Below, one piece after another: positions 1 through 12,495 of a DNA stretch of 64,000 nt. The position numbers were made by a program, and so were the translations under genes. How positions within the stretch are numbered: position 1 is the stretch's first letter; the number at the start of each line of letters is the position of its first letter. The notes beneath the pieces are model-generated. The model was given only the letters and a program-made list of their open reading frames with translations, searched no databases and was not told the DNA's origin. This stretch comes from Octopus vulgaris (lineage: Eukaryota), in assembly GCA_951406725.2 (NCBI GenBank), contig OX597826.1, positions 55,552,001 to 55,616,000 on the forward strand, given 5' to 3'.

Positions 1-151
1 AAGGGAGAGGAGAAAGAGTGGGGCGAACTGAAAAGTTTGAAGGAAACAGAATAGGAGGCAGACAAAATAAAGAAGAGGAAGAAATGGAAGAAGAAGAAGA
101 AGAAGAAGAAGAAGAAGGGTCGTATGATTACGTTGCTACCAGTGAGTATTG

Positions 152-183
<32 letters not shown>

Positions 184-950
184 ATTAGTGGCGGTAATGC
201 TGCTGGTCTTAGTGTTAACGATGTGTATATATTTTTTTGTCTTCCTGTCAGTATCTATGCGTGTATATAAGTGTGTGTAAATGTGTGTTTGTATGTGCTT
301 CTGTGCGTAGCGTCTAGCCAGAATAAAGAGAATTCTACACGTTCTACAAGAGAACCAATACTGATGAAATCGATAAGAATGTGAAATGCTTATCTAAAAT
401 TCTGCAGTTCGTGCCCAGCAACTGTTTCTGTGAAGTACCCATAAGCCGAGTCTGGTTTTCACTTAGATGTATGCAACGCATAAAGAAATACAGCTCATGG
501 AAGGGCGGCTCGATGTAAGTCGGTTGATGGATGGATAAATGATGGCTAACACAGTTGTGGTGATTCTACGGTCAATAGAATCGAATACACTATTCTGAGA
601 CCGTAGACTATCAGGAATACTAGCTTCAAAATGAAATATGCTAAAGGCGACCTGGCAGTATTAAACTGTGATGCCGATTGCTTATTGTGTAGTGGAACAC
701 TTTTCAAATTTGTTCATCAATGCTGTTTGATGAGGAAGTGCATGCAACAACCAATGAGGGTGCCTCGAGGCGATCATACACCACAAGTGTATAGATCGAC
801 CACGGAGGTAGCCCTTGGATAATCCGTTCAGTTGTAAGGTGGAAGTAGCAGCTAAATATGATTTGAATCAAAAACCAGTCTGAAGTATATAAAGAGACAT
901 AAGAGAGCTGGACTATCAACTGAACAGGCTTTGAATATCACTGCCATATA

Positions 951-1198
951 TGTTCCTTCTCGAGCCATGCCAGGCTCATAAGGGCCAGTTTCCCGGTTTC
1001 AGTGGTGTAGAAATTCCTCACCTGTACAGAACGCCGGTCCGTTGCAGGATTACTAATTTTTGCCAGTTGAGTGGACTGGAGTAACGTGAAACGAAGTGTT
1101 TTGCTCAAGAACACAACGCATCGCCCGGTCCAGGAATCGAAACAACAACCCTGCGATCATGAGCTCAACAACCTAACCACTAAGCCACGCGCCTCCAC
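951..1198 (-). mobile_element. tRNA-derived SINE with CORE-like central domain (SINE-C, tail 1), copy 1
   Basis: Minus strand: GTGGAGGCGCGTGGCTTAGTGGTTAG (A box) ... GTTTCGATTCC (B box), then TGTGTTCTTGAGCAAAACAC...CCAGTCCACTCA (CORE-like), ending GGCTCGAGAAGGAACA; near-duplicate immediately downstream. Confidence 0.9.
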
Positions 1199-1205
1199 AA
1201 ATAAG

Positions 1206-1454
1206 TGTTCCTTCTCGAGGCATGCCAGGCACATAAGGGCCGGTTTCTCGGTTTCAGTGGCGAAGAAATTCCCCTGCTGGATGGAACGCCAGTCCATCGC
1301 AGCGTTACTTATTTTTTCCAGCTGAGTGGACTGGAGCAACGTGAAAATGAAGTGTTTTGCTCAAGAACACAACACATCGCCCGATCCAGAAATCGAAACC
1401 ACAACCTTACGGTCATGAGCTCAACACCTTAACCACTAAGTCACGCGCCTCCAC
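1206..1454 (-). mobile_element. SINE-C, tail 1, copy 2 (head-to-tail with copy 1)
   Basis: Colinear with 951-1198 over its full length; 7-bp spacer. Confidence 0.9.
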
Positions 1455-1799
1455 TCACTGCTATATATACATACACAAAAATGCTCACACACACACATAC
1501 ACACATTCACACACATGTGTATGTATATGTGTGTGTGAGTGGTATGTGTGAACCTAACACATTTTCTTTTTCCTAACACGCTTGCCTCTTTAGTTGTTTA
1601 CTTATATCTCTTCTGCTGTGCATCGACTCCTCCTGGAATTCTTTTTAGTACTCGAAGAAAGACAATATTCGAAACGTTATACTTGTACTCTACAAACGTT
1701 ATTCTTTTTTCTATTCTCTTTGAGCGCCGGCTTAATAATACTGTGGCCACCGCTTGGACATTTGTCGTATGTTATTTTGTATATTCGATTTACTTCTCA

Positions 1800-1853
1800 T
1801 ATATGTATATATATGAGTGTATGTGTGTGTGTGCGTGTGTATGTGCGTGTAAT

Positions 1854-1927
<74 letters not shown>

Positions 1928-1950
1928 GAAAGACAGATAGACAGACAGAC

Positions 1951-2015
<65 letters not shown>

Positions 2016-2052
2016 TAGATAGGTAGACAGTCAGACAGTCAGATAGACAGAC

Positions 2053-2105
<53 letters not shown>

Positions 2106-2108
2106 TAT

Positions 2109-2185
<77 letters not shown>
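1800..2185. repeat. Compound microsatellite (TG)n/(TA)n/(GA)n/(GATA)n
   Basis: Directly visible. Confidence 0.98.
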
Positions 2186-2692
2186 CAGGGTGTTCGGGTT
2201 GCATTTGACTATTTTTTATGCCGTCTATTTTCAGGAACAGCTAGATATACTGGTTAATAATTAACGGTGATGGCGTTGAGAAAAAGTTAGCTGACATATA
2301 GCTCTGGCAGTTATCTGAATATTGGAATAGCTACTTATATCATGAGGATTCGCCCCGAGTACCGAAATGCTGGCATCATGATTACTACTCGATGCTCTCT
2401 GAACATTGTAAAGGCTGTAACATATGACATGGACAGATACAACGTAGAGAGCGAAGCCATACTATAACGGCCAAAGACGTTCTACTTCTCAAGCCACCTA
2501 ATTCCCGCAATTGTAATAGTATAGATTACTAAATGTGGGGCGCGGTCGAGAAAGACACCAAAAGCACTGGCTGCAACGGCAAGTCCAAGCTTTGTGGCCA
2601 ATATCAAGGAGGTGTCCGAAATTCTTCTCGGGGACAGAGTGGTGGACACAAGTGCCAGATTCCGGTATGGTGGAAGTAAAGGGCAAGTACTT
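2186..2692 (+). mobile_element. Internally deleted Tc1/mariner (DD37D maT-like) transposon relic
   Basis: Starts CAGGGTGTT (TIR-like); from 2494 translates PPNSRNCNSIDY*MWGAVEKDT...ARFR...MVEVKGKYF, matching the WPPNSPDLNPLDY.VWG C-terminal transposase block; cut at the 3' end by SINE-A. Confidence 0.75.
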
Positions 2693-2896
2693 TACTCTTT
2701 TACTTGTTTCAGTCATTTGACGGCGGTCATGCAGGATCACCACCTTTAGTCGAGCAAATCGACCCCAGGAATTATTCTTTGTAAGCCTAGTACTTACTCT
2801 ATCGGTCTCTTTTGCCGAACCGCTAAGTTACGGGGACGTAAACACACCACCATCGGTTGTCAAGCGATGTTGGAGAGATAAACACAGACACACAAA

Positions 2897-2976
<80 letters not shown>

Positions 2977-3145
2977 CATATATACGACGGGCTTCTTTCA
3001 GTTTCCGCTAACCAAATCCACTCACAAGGCTTTGGTCTGCCCGTAGCTATAGTATAAGACACTTGCCCAAGGTGTCACGCAGTGGGACTGAACCCGGAAC
3101 CATGTGGTTGGTTAGAAAGCTACTTATCACACAGCCACTCCTGCA
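2689..3145 (-). mobile_element. SINE-A: tRNA-derived SINE with internal (TA)/(TG) microsatellite, near full length
   Basis: Minus-strand head GCAGGAGTGGCTGTGTG...GGTTCAGTCCC; tail ...TCAAATGACTGAAACAAGTAAAAGAGTAAA; many homologues in window. Confidence 0.95.
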
Positions 3146-3794
3146 TTGTTATTTCATAGCTGTAATCCAGTTGATATTTTCTGATTTTTTAAAACACTTT
3201 AAATTTGGGATGGGATATTGTGATTGTTTTATTTTCCGTATATGGAAACAGTGGGATTTAACCCTCTCAACGTGTGTGTGTGTTAGTATGTGTGTGTGTG
3301 TGTGTTAGTGTGTTTGTGTGTGCGTGTGTGTGTGTTTGTGTGTGTATGTTTGTGTGGAGCTGTACAAGGGTTTTGAAAACTTACTTGAAAAGGAGTTGAA
3401 TTGCACCAGAGGTGAATTACAATAACAAAAATGCCGATAACAACCTACAATAACTATGACAAATAACAATGACGAATAGAAAAAGAGGAAGACGAGAAAA
3501 AGAGAAAGAAAGATAGAAAGAAAAAAGAATAAAAACCAAACTAATATTGAATATCACTTTGTAGAACAAAAAAAAACAGAAGAAAGAAATGCGAGAGACA
3601 AGGCAATATAATTTAACGTGATGTACCATTAAATAGCCAATAAATACCTGATCACATGTCAATCGATCAACACAAGAAAAGAAAAAAACAACACAGAAAC
3701 TCACACAGTCAGACTCACCAACACATACACGCATCCATACAAGTAAAGACAAAGGAAGAATATAAAAAAGATAACTTCACACATTTAGATAAAG

Positions 3795-3826
<32 letters not shown>

Positions 3827-4184
3827 CGGTGTAGCCATATAGCTCCAGCTGAAAACATAATGAACTATATTGTTCAGTTTTATCTTCTGACTTCAAAACA
3901 TTTGTCATTACTAATCGTCTAAGACAAGAGCCTATACCTATTTATCCCTCACTACACATTCGGTTATCATCTCTGTTAGACGATGAAACGAACGGGCATA
4001 ACCTACGTGTGTATATTATCCTTACGTACGTGTGTTTGTATGTGTACGTGTAAGTATGTATGTTTGTATGTATGTGTGCATATATTCATAATTAAATATA
4101 TATATATATACACACTCGTAGGTATGTAAATATACATATACATGCACATAAAATTATTTGTATATATGCATGTGTATATGCGTA

Positions 4185-4230
<46 letters not shown>

Positions 4231-4602
4231 GGTAGGCGTGGTGTTTTATGTGTATGAATGTTTCTGTTATCATACATATATACATGTATATACTTATACA
4301 CAAGTTGATGTGTATATATATATATATACATATAAACTTATATGTATATATATATATGTATATAAATACACACACACACGTACATACTCACACATATACA
4401 TACATATATATGTGTGTATGTTTGTGTGTTTGTGTGTGTGTGTGTGTGTATGAACTCGCTGGCATTCTTTCTATCTACCTTTCAATCACACTACAAATGT
4501 TTTTTCCCGTCTGTTAAATAAAAGCTCTATGTTAAAATAGTTGTTTGATGTCAGCTCTGACAAATCTTTTTAGTATATTTGTTTGTATACTTATATATAC
4601 AT

Positions 4603-4654
<52 letters not shown>

Positions 4655-6182
4655 TCTATTTTGTATAATTTGTTTGATGATGGCTCCTTTGTGGCTCACA
4701 TTCATCGTTGAGTGCTAAGGAATAATACATCTATTGATTTTATGACTTCCGGTTGACGGAAGGGAGACAACTCTGAGGACTAACATTTCTTTTGTATTCT
4801 TCATGACAAGGTAGGAACGGTTTCTGATTATAGACGTTAGGCCATCACTTTTAAGGAAGGGTGTTAGTCGATTATTTTGACCACAGTTCTTCACTGGTCC
4901 TTTATCGTATGTAATCAATAATGATGAAGAAAATCAAAAGTGAACTCGCAGAACCTTAAGACATATCACCAAGCCTTTCTTGCGACGCGACGCTTTAGTG
5001 ATTCTTACAGCTCGCTGCATTGATGTTGGGTAAAAAATGTGAACGAAAATCTAAGAAAAACAACGGTGAGAAATAAATCATTGTTTAGATGTACATGATG
5101 CCTCTGGAAAACCTTGACGATCACAGTTATCTCCCTGTAGCTTTCCATCGTTTCTTTCTGCAGGAAAGCGTAGAGAATATAAAGCAGTATGGTGTTTCGC
5201 GATTTTAGTGTGTGAATCGAGGAAGATTTATTTGCTATTTCTAGCATATCGTGTGACTCTGTAATGCACCTGTTGCTTGGATAGTATGCATGTGAGGTTG
5301 CATGTGAATGATATAACACCAAGCGAACGTTTAATAGTAAGTTTTATTTCACTGCACAAGTAATATAGAGGTTGGTCGTAAATTGTAAATTTCTGCAACC
5401 AGCCGACGTAATTGAAGGAATAATTCAATAGTGTTCATAAATAGTTGATTTCTAAGTTCTGTACTGAAGTTTGTCAAGAAAGGAGAAAAAATACACAGTA
5501 GGTTCATATTGGCCAACTATATCGGCTTATTGAAGCTGAGCAGAGAGTCGTCAAAACGACTATTATAGGCGGCAAGAGTGTATTTGCAACCGGAACGCAG
5601 GTTATCAAATTTTATGGATATTGACGCTAAAAAAAAGTCGCTAGCTAAACTTTCTATGGCAATGCTCTAGGGCTTTGTAGAATGACCTTTCACGGAATGT
5701 TTTACAGGTGTCTCCTCAATAACTCGAACCCGTGCATGAACAAGGTTGTGTTATGTCGTGACTTAAACTTCGTAACTTGCCAACTGTGTTTTGAGTCTTG
5801 CTACACGTCGCTCTTTAGCTCACTTCGTTATCGTCGTACCGGTCGCTAATGCTTTTGTTTAGACATAGGCCATACTTAGGATCAAAAATATTTCAACCGG
5901 TACACTTCCCTCTAAGTTATACCGGGTATTCAGGGCTACACTATACATTAAGTACTTTCATTAAGGCGTCCCTGGATGTGATTTGGTATTTCTTGCATAT
6001 CATGTAACCACGTAAGGGTTTCGTCGTTAGTTCGCATTGCTGTACTCGTTTTGACCGAAAACAGCTGTGCCCGTCTCGTTTTCATAATAGTATTACACAT
6101 TAGTATCATATTGAGTGTCCCTGGCCTGTATGAGATGGTAATGGATGATTGAAATATATATATATATATATATATATAATAA

Positions 6183-6417
6183 ATATTAGGGAATAAATCC
6201 AAACTTACATGGAAAAATCAGATTTAGGATTGATTCCAATTTTATAGTAAAATATAATATTATATTAAATTAGAGACAAAACTATCTATATATTAATTAT
6301 ATATATTTTTTTAATAATTTTGTTATATATTTAAATAATATTAATTAAATAATCTTATGTATTGGCTTAAGTTTTTCATTGTTTGATTTGCCTAATAGTG
6401 GTTTTGTCTCTAATTTA

Positions 6418-6426
<9 letters not shown>
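6183..6426. repeat. Interspersed repeat pieces in inverted arrangement (26-bp perfect inverted repeat)
   Basis: 6257-6282 ATATTATATTAAATTAGAGACAAAAC is the reverse complement of 6401-6426; flanked by (TA)n on both sides. Confidence 0.7.
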
Positions 6427-6467
<41 letters not shown>

Positions 6468-6716
6468 CAAAGGAAGATGACTGAGGGAGAGAGTGTGACA
6501 GAGTAATAGGATAGAATAGTGGAAGAAGAGGAGGTAAGAGAATAAGAGTGAGAAAGAGAGAAAAACGAAAGAGTAAAAAGATAGTATAGAGTGCGCATCA
6601 GAATTACTAAGATAAAACTTACTTAGAAGAGGATGTGTGGCGTTCAATCATATGATAATGTAATAAATATATATATGTATATACACATACGTATATGTAC
6701 ATACTTACATCTAAGC

Positions 6717-6756
<40 letters not shown>

Positions 6757-6761
<5 letters not shown>

Positions 6762-6970
6762 ATCCAAACAAGAAAGCACAAAAAAAACACAACAACGCGA
6801 GGACGTGGAACAAATATAGTATTATTGGACGCTCAGGAAAGAAGGAAAGAAGGAAAGAAGGAGGGTTTAACGTTTCGAGCGGAGCTCTTCCTTGGAAACA
6901 TAGGAGAACGAAAGATCCAGAGAAGGGAAGACAGAGGGAAAAAATCGACAACGGTACACACGCGGTCTGC
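6757..6970 (-). mobile_element. Penelope-like terminal repeat fragment with degenerate minimal hammerhead ribozyme
   Basis: Minus strand 6899-6865: GTTT-CCAAGGA-A-GAGC-TCC-GCTC-GAAAC-GTT-AAAC; stems I and II pair, two core substitutions. Confidence 0.6.
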
Positions 6971-7735
6971 ATATGTGGGCACAGGGCATCACGAAAGGTG
7001 TACATCAAAAAAATACGAAGTACGTGTACATGGAATATGAACTATTTTTTCGAACAAAGAAAGTCACAAACGGAAATCAAAACAAATAACATAAAGAACG
7101 ACTCTTCATCAGATGTTAGCGGTTTTTCTACTCTCGTATTTCCCGAGTTTAACAACAATATACGCCTTGAATAAAACAGTTGCTCCTGCAAAGCAAATTA
7201 AATAAAATTTGGGATTTTGCGATCTATACATATATTTTATATATTTATAATGTAGTATATAAAAAGCAAGAACGTATATACACCTACACACACGCAAGCA
7301 CACATATATATACATATATATATGTAAGGATCTATAAATATATTAAATAAATATATATATATGCGTATGTGGTATATTATGTATATATATATTTATATAT
7401 ATATACTAGAGAATACAGAATATACAGCACTTCATTTCACATAGTTACACATGCACACACATATACACAAATACAAATACACACACGCACATATGCATGT
7501 ATATATTCATACATACAAATATATTCACGTATATCTATACTCGATTATAATGTATAGGAAACGCTAAGTTTGGTACTTAATTTAAATATTTCACATTTAG
7601 AATATTCTCCATTTTTAATATATTCTTTAAACGTTCCGATATTTATTAGTTGTTTATGTCATAAGTGACCAGTCATAATAATATTCGTGGCGACATTTCA
7701 ATAAACGCACTACCACCTTTGTTTACTATTATTGA

Positions 7736-7750
7736 TTATTATTATCATCA

Positions 7751-7820
<70 letters not shown>

Positions 7821-7846
7821 TATTATCATTGTTGTTGTTGTTGTTG
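7736..7846. repeat. (ATT)n/(TTG)n microsatellite
   Basis: Directly visible. Confidence 0.97.
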
Positions 7847-8108
7847 AGATAATATATATGCTTTTTATTTAGGTATTTAATATTGTATTTTATTGTAATT
7901 ATCGTCTTATATTTTAGAGTCTTTCACTATAAATTGTTGTAAGCAAATTCTGTTGAAGATATATTTTCAGCGAAGAGATGGCAACGGCCATATTAGACGC
8001 AATAATACCTAATATAAAAGAAACATTGCAAATGTGATAAAATGAAATAGTGTTATTTTTCATCCCTCTCTGCACCTCCTTCTTTCGATTTAAAAGGAAC
8101 GAAGATCA

Positions 8109-8272
8109 TTTCTTCTTCTTCTTCTTCTTCTTCTTCTTCTTCTTCTTCTTCTTCTTCTTCTTCTTCTTCTTCTTCTTCTTCTTCTTCTTCTTCTACTACT
8201 CCTTCTTCTCCTCCTTCTTCTTTTTCTTCTTCTTCTTCTTCGCATTTTTATCATTATTATTATTATTATTAT
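8109..8272. repeat. (TTC)n/(TTA)n microsatellite
   Basis: Directly visible. Confidence 0.97.
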
Positions 8273-8721
8273 TAATATCATTTTTGTAAATATATTTTTA
8301 TATTCTGTTTCATGCGTATTGAGAGTCATTTATATTTGACAGAAATAATTTGTGTTAGAGGAAGTTTTCGATGAGATAAAAATTAAATAAAATGACGAAG
8401 ACAAAAGTTCGATAAAGGCAAATTCAAAGAACTATTTTTCTTCTTATTGGTTTTTTTGTTGTTGTTGCTGTATTTTTGTTTTTTTTTAATTAGAAGCGCA
8501 CGTGAGATCAGTTGATATGGAAATGTGCAAAATATTATTGATATGGAGGTAAAGACAAAAATATTTCCTAGCATTTAATATATATATGTTTTTTTTTTAT
8601 ATATTTTCCTTATTTTCTGGCATTAGCGAAATATATCGAACACACAAAATATACACACATCCACAAACATATTTATGTGCATGCCTATTTTATATATTAC
8701 TATATATATAAATATGTATAT

Positions 8722-8782
<61 letters not shown>

Positions 8783-8855
8783 CGTACGTATATACATATA
8801 TATACACACAAGCACATACATATATACATATATATAAATATAAATATATATATAC

Positions 8856-8911
<56 letters not shown>

Positions 8912-9257
8912 AGCCGTTTCAAAAATATCCATATGTTACAACATTTTCATTGGAAGTTCAAAATAACGTCGAAGATGATAATATCTTCCTATTTTGGCAT
9001 CGAGAAGTTTCTGTTCTTTTAAAATCATATTTGCTGGTTTTGACGGAGTTTAATCTTCTCTTCGAGAATATCTAGAATCGTTATTGTTGTTGATGCTGCA
9101 CTTGTTGTTGTTTATTTGTTTGTTTGTTTTTTATCCATCCTTTTGATCCTCATCTTTTTTTGTTTTATATTTTTCCCCCTCGAAATATATAAATATCTGT
9201 TTGCGATCAGGATTATTGCATAGTCAAAGAGAAAAGGTCAGAGATAAAAAAATCATG

Positions 9258-9288
<31 letters not shown>

Positions 9289-9328
9289 ATGTATATGTGT
9301 ATAGGTATATATATACATATATATATGC

Positions 9329-9359
<31 letters not shown>

Positions 9360-10038
9360 CATATATACATATACATACGTATATATATCCATATATATAC
9401 ATATATATATATGTATTGAGAGAGAGAGATAGCTAGATCGATACATAGATAAATAGATAGGTTTGTAGAAAATATATATGTGTATATATATACATGTATG
9501 TATGTATGAATGTCAATATGTACATGTATATGTGTGTGTGTCTGTCTGTCTGTCTGCGTCTGTGTGTATTCACGCACGCACAAACACACAGACCCTCTGT
9601 TCTATATAGTTATGTTAAATATGTATTTTAATATACGTTATTTATATTCCTGAACATTTAATATTGCTTCACATCTATTCTCAAACTTTGAAACATACAG
9701 TTTAAGATAGAGGATATCACGGATATTAAATGTCTGCTTAAGGATCCTGAAAGGCCGATTCTTGGCTGGCTCGATCATATCGATATCTCACATGCACAAA
9801 ATCCATCAGATTCTATGTGAAATATCTAGGTACGCTCTACACGCTCTAATGATGTCGTATAGGGCGTTTTCGTCTGAAAACTTTATATTAATGATTTATT
9901 TGTAATTAATACAAATGAGATTCTTTAAGAAAATCTGCATAACCTTGTGGTACTTGCTGATAAATTTTTTTAAAGAAATGCAGCGAGAAAAACTGGTCAA
10001 TAAGCGAAACACTAGAATTTTGCCATTCAAAATAAATA

Positions 10039-10192
10039 TTTACGTCCCCGTCACTTAGCGGTCCGGCAAAAGAGACCGATAGAATAAGTACTGGGCTTAC
10101 AAAGAATAAGTCCCAGGGTCGATTTGCTCGACTAAAGGCGGTGCTCCAGCATGGCCGCAGTCAAATGACTGAAACAAGTAAAAGAATAGAAA
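10039..10192 (+). mobile_element. SINE-A 3' half (5'-truncated)
   Basis: Reverse complement of about 2690-2841. Confidence 0.92.
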
Positions 10193-11009
10193 GAAAATTG
10201 ATTTTGTCCTTATCCTTTTATTTTCTAAGCTTAAATCACAGCGGTTTCAATTTCGCTGGTGGTGGGACATAGGCTGTTATTTTATATGGCTGTGCATTCA
10301 ATACTCTGTAAACTGAACTGCTTACAATGGCGTGTTGTACAACCTTATATCAACTACTGAAAGCGTGCAAGGGTTAATGGAAAATAAGTGAAACACCACT
10401 ACTTTAAATTACATTATGTAGATACGTATCGGTACGTTTTTAAATGAAAGCTCACTGGAGTCACTTTTGAGCAGTATCATTTACTGATAAATAAATCATA
10501 TCTGAGTCAATTTATTTGTCTCCGTATTTGATATCAACTGATGGTAGATAAATAAATGATATCAGGCAATGCCTAGAATCTATTTTCACTTCACACAGAA
10601 CTCATTTACTGATAGATAACTATGAAATCCAGGCTTGGACTGGAGCCAATATATTTGACTCTACATGTACACTACTTTTTAATCTTTTTGTCTGTAAGAA
10701 AAGGTGAGCTCATTATCATTTAGAGGGACCTCTGAAACAGATGGGTGGTAGAGAGGAAAAGGATTTGAAGTCGAAGACTTAGAGCAAAAGCTTGATATAT
10801 ATTCTTTCTTAAGAGAATAATGTATAGCCTGAGAGATTTGGATGCTATTTCTAGCATTTGTCGGGCCACATATCCATTTTTGTCGTCCAACATTAAATAA
10901 ACAGACCTATCTATTTAGTATTTTTCAAGATGTAAAAGCCAAGTAGAATGCTGCATGGTTTTATTTCTGACGCAGTAAAGATTCTGCCAGCTCGCCACTT
11001 TTTAATAGT

Positions 11010-11160
11010 TTGTGATTTGGGCAGAAAGCCAGAAGTTTTGAGGGAGAGATGTCGATACCATTGACTCTCCATTAGTAAGTTGATCCTTTATTTTATCGAC
11101 TCCGAAAGGATGCAAGAAAAATTTGGCTCCAGCGGCATTTGAACTTAAAACGCAAAGAGC
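11010..11160 (-). mobile_element. SINE-B diverged fragment
   Basis: TTTATCGACTCCGAAAGGATG...GGCATTTGAAC matches better-preserved copies at 14447 and 30411. Confidence 0.7.
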
Positions 11161-11515
11161 ACCGAAAACTCCCTCACACTGCTGTCTTAAAAGAGAATAT
11201 ATTTGATAATAGTCGTCAATCTATATTCTTCCTACAAATGCAGAATGTATTCCTTACCTGAATAGCTTTGATTATTGGTATCCGATTTAAGCCAAGTTTG
11301 AACTAAACTGCAAAATTACCTACTTTGAAATATCCCCTAACTGCATTGTCCAAAATGTTCTTCCTTCATCAATCCAGCAGCATGAGCTTTTGCAAAAATT
11401 TCGTTGTTGTGAGACGCCATCAATATTCACGCGTGCATTTAAATTGTAACAGCAATAGATGCATTTCACTACTTTCATTTTAGAACATATAAAGCAGAAT
11501 TAACAAAACACGATA

Positions 11516-11830
11516 AGGTGGCAGAAGTGTTAGAGTTTGGGGAAAATAGGTTTTGCAGTAATTAGTTACGGGGACATTAACATACTAGCACAGGTCGGGA
11601 AGCGGTGGTTGGGGACGAGAGCCGCCGAATTAGAATCATAATGGTCCCGTCGGTCAGCGAAGAGCATCAGCAACCTACAGCTCTTTACGTTCTGATTTCA
11701 AATTCCACTGACGAAATTGCTTTTCATCCCTCCAGGATCAATAAAATAAAGTACCAGCCTAATACTGGGTTTGACGGTATTCACTAAACCTCAAACCCAC
11801 AAAACTGCTTGCCTTGGCCTTATATCAGAA
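11516..11830 (+). mobile_element. SINE-B diverged copy carrying a ~110-bp composite insert
   Basis: GGTGGCAGAAGTGTTAG head, resumes at AGCTCTTTACGTTCTGATTTCAAATTCC...CTTTTCATCCC; compare the uninterrupted copy at 46657. Confidence 0.7.
11616..11678 (+). pseudogene. Short 28S rRNA-like fragment (paralogous to 16316-16378)
   Basis: 53/63 identical (manual count) to the segment directly preceding the LSU conserved motif in the 16316 copy. Confidence 0.55.
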
Positions 11831-11862
11831 ACCATAGTTTCAAGACAACTTTCGAGTATGTC

Positions 11863-11959
11863 ATATTATCTTCGGTTGTACTTCTACTAAAATTGGAACA
11901 AGATTAGCAAGGCCTCTGCGCAAGGAAGATACGCAAATTTGTGAAACATTCCACATTTT
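11863..11959 (+). pseudogene. U6: U6 snRNA pseudogene lacking the ACAGAGA box
   Basis: CTTCGG...TACTAAAATTGGAAC[deletion]AAGATTAGCAAGGCCTCTGCGCAAGGAAGATACGCAAATTTGTGAAACATTCCACATTTT aligns to canonical U6 through its oligo-U end. Confidence 0.93.
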
Positions 11960-11985
11960 ATCTTTATGGTATGTAACAGGCAGAA

Positions 11986-12288
11986 TGTGGAGGCACATGG
12001 CCTAGTGGTTAGAGCAGCGGACTCGCGGTCGAGGGATCGCAGGTTCGAATCTCAGACCGATTGATGTGTGTGTTTATGAGCGAAACACCTAAGCTCCAGG
12101 CGGCGCCGGCAGAAAGTAATGGTGAACTTCTGCTGACTCTTTCGCCACAACTTTCTCTCACTCTTTCCTCCTGCATCTTGCACCTCACCTGCGACGGACC
12201 GGAGTCCCGTCCAGGTGGGGAACCTATACGCCAAGGAAAACGGGAAACCGGCCCTTATGAGCCAGGCATTGCTCGAGAAGAAGGAACA
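11986..12288 (+). mobile_element. SINE-D: tRNA head, non-CORE central domain, tail 1
   Basis: A box TGGCCTAGTGG, B box GGTTCGAATCT; central CACAACTTTCTCTCACTC shared with 31757-32082; tail GGCCCTTATGAGCCAGGCATTGCTCGAGAAG shared with 951-1454. Confidence 0.9.
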
Positions 12289-12495
12289 GGCAGAATCGTT
12301 AGCACGCCCGACAATATTATTAACGATATTTCTTCCTGTTTAAGTTCTGAGTTTAAATTCCTCAAAGGTCGACTTTGACATTCATCCTTTCGGGATCGAT
12401 AAAATAAGTACGAGTTGAGCACTGGGGTCGATATAATTGACTAGCCCCCACCTCATTACCATAAATTCCAGTCCTTGTGCCTATAGTAGTAAGAC
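12287..12495 (+). mobile_element. SINE-B
   Basis: GGCAGAATCGTTAGCACGCC...GGTCGACTTTGACATTCATCCTTTCGGGATCGATAAAATAAGTAC...CTGGGGTCGAT. Confidence 0.85.

Noticed and set aside
320-920. Possible MULE transposase relic (CSGTLFK...PQVY vs DGTFK...PLVY)
   Set aside because: Catalytic Asp absent and similarity too weak to call by eye
5300-6130. Coding-like GC-richer tract (RLIEAEQ; MKTRRAQLF ORF)
   Set aside because: No recognisable domain or splice structure; probably unidentified old TE
7098-7118. Minus-strand CTGATGAAGAG hammerhead half-site (also CTGATGAA at 361)
   Set aside because: No properly placed GAAA with pairing stems
10230-10377. piggyBac-like end GCAAGGG|TTAA (also ~54000)
   Set aside because: No matching left TIR found
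11986-12060. tRNA gene (also heads at 55222-55294, 55432-55495, 60700-60768)
   Set aside because: A and B boxes present but no acceptor stem or nearby terminator; each continues into a SINE body
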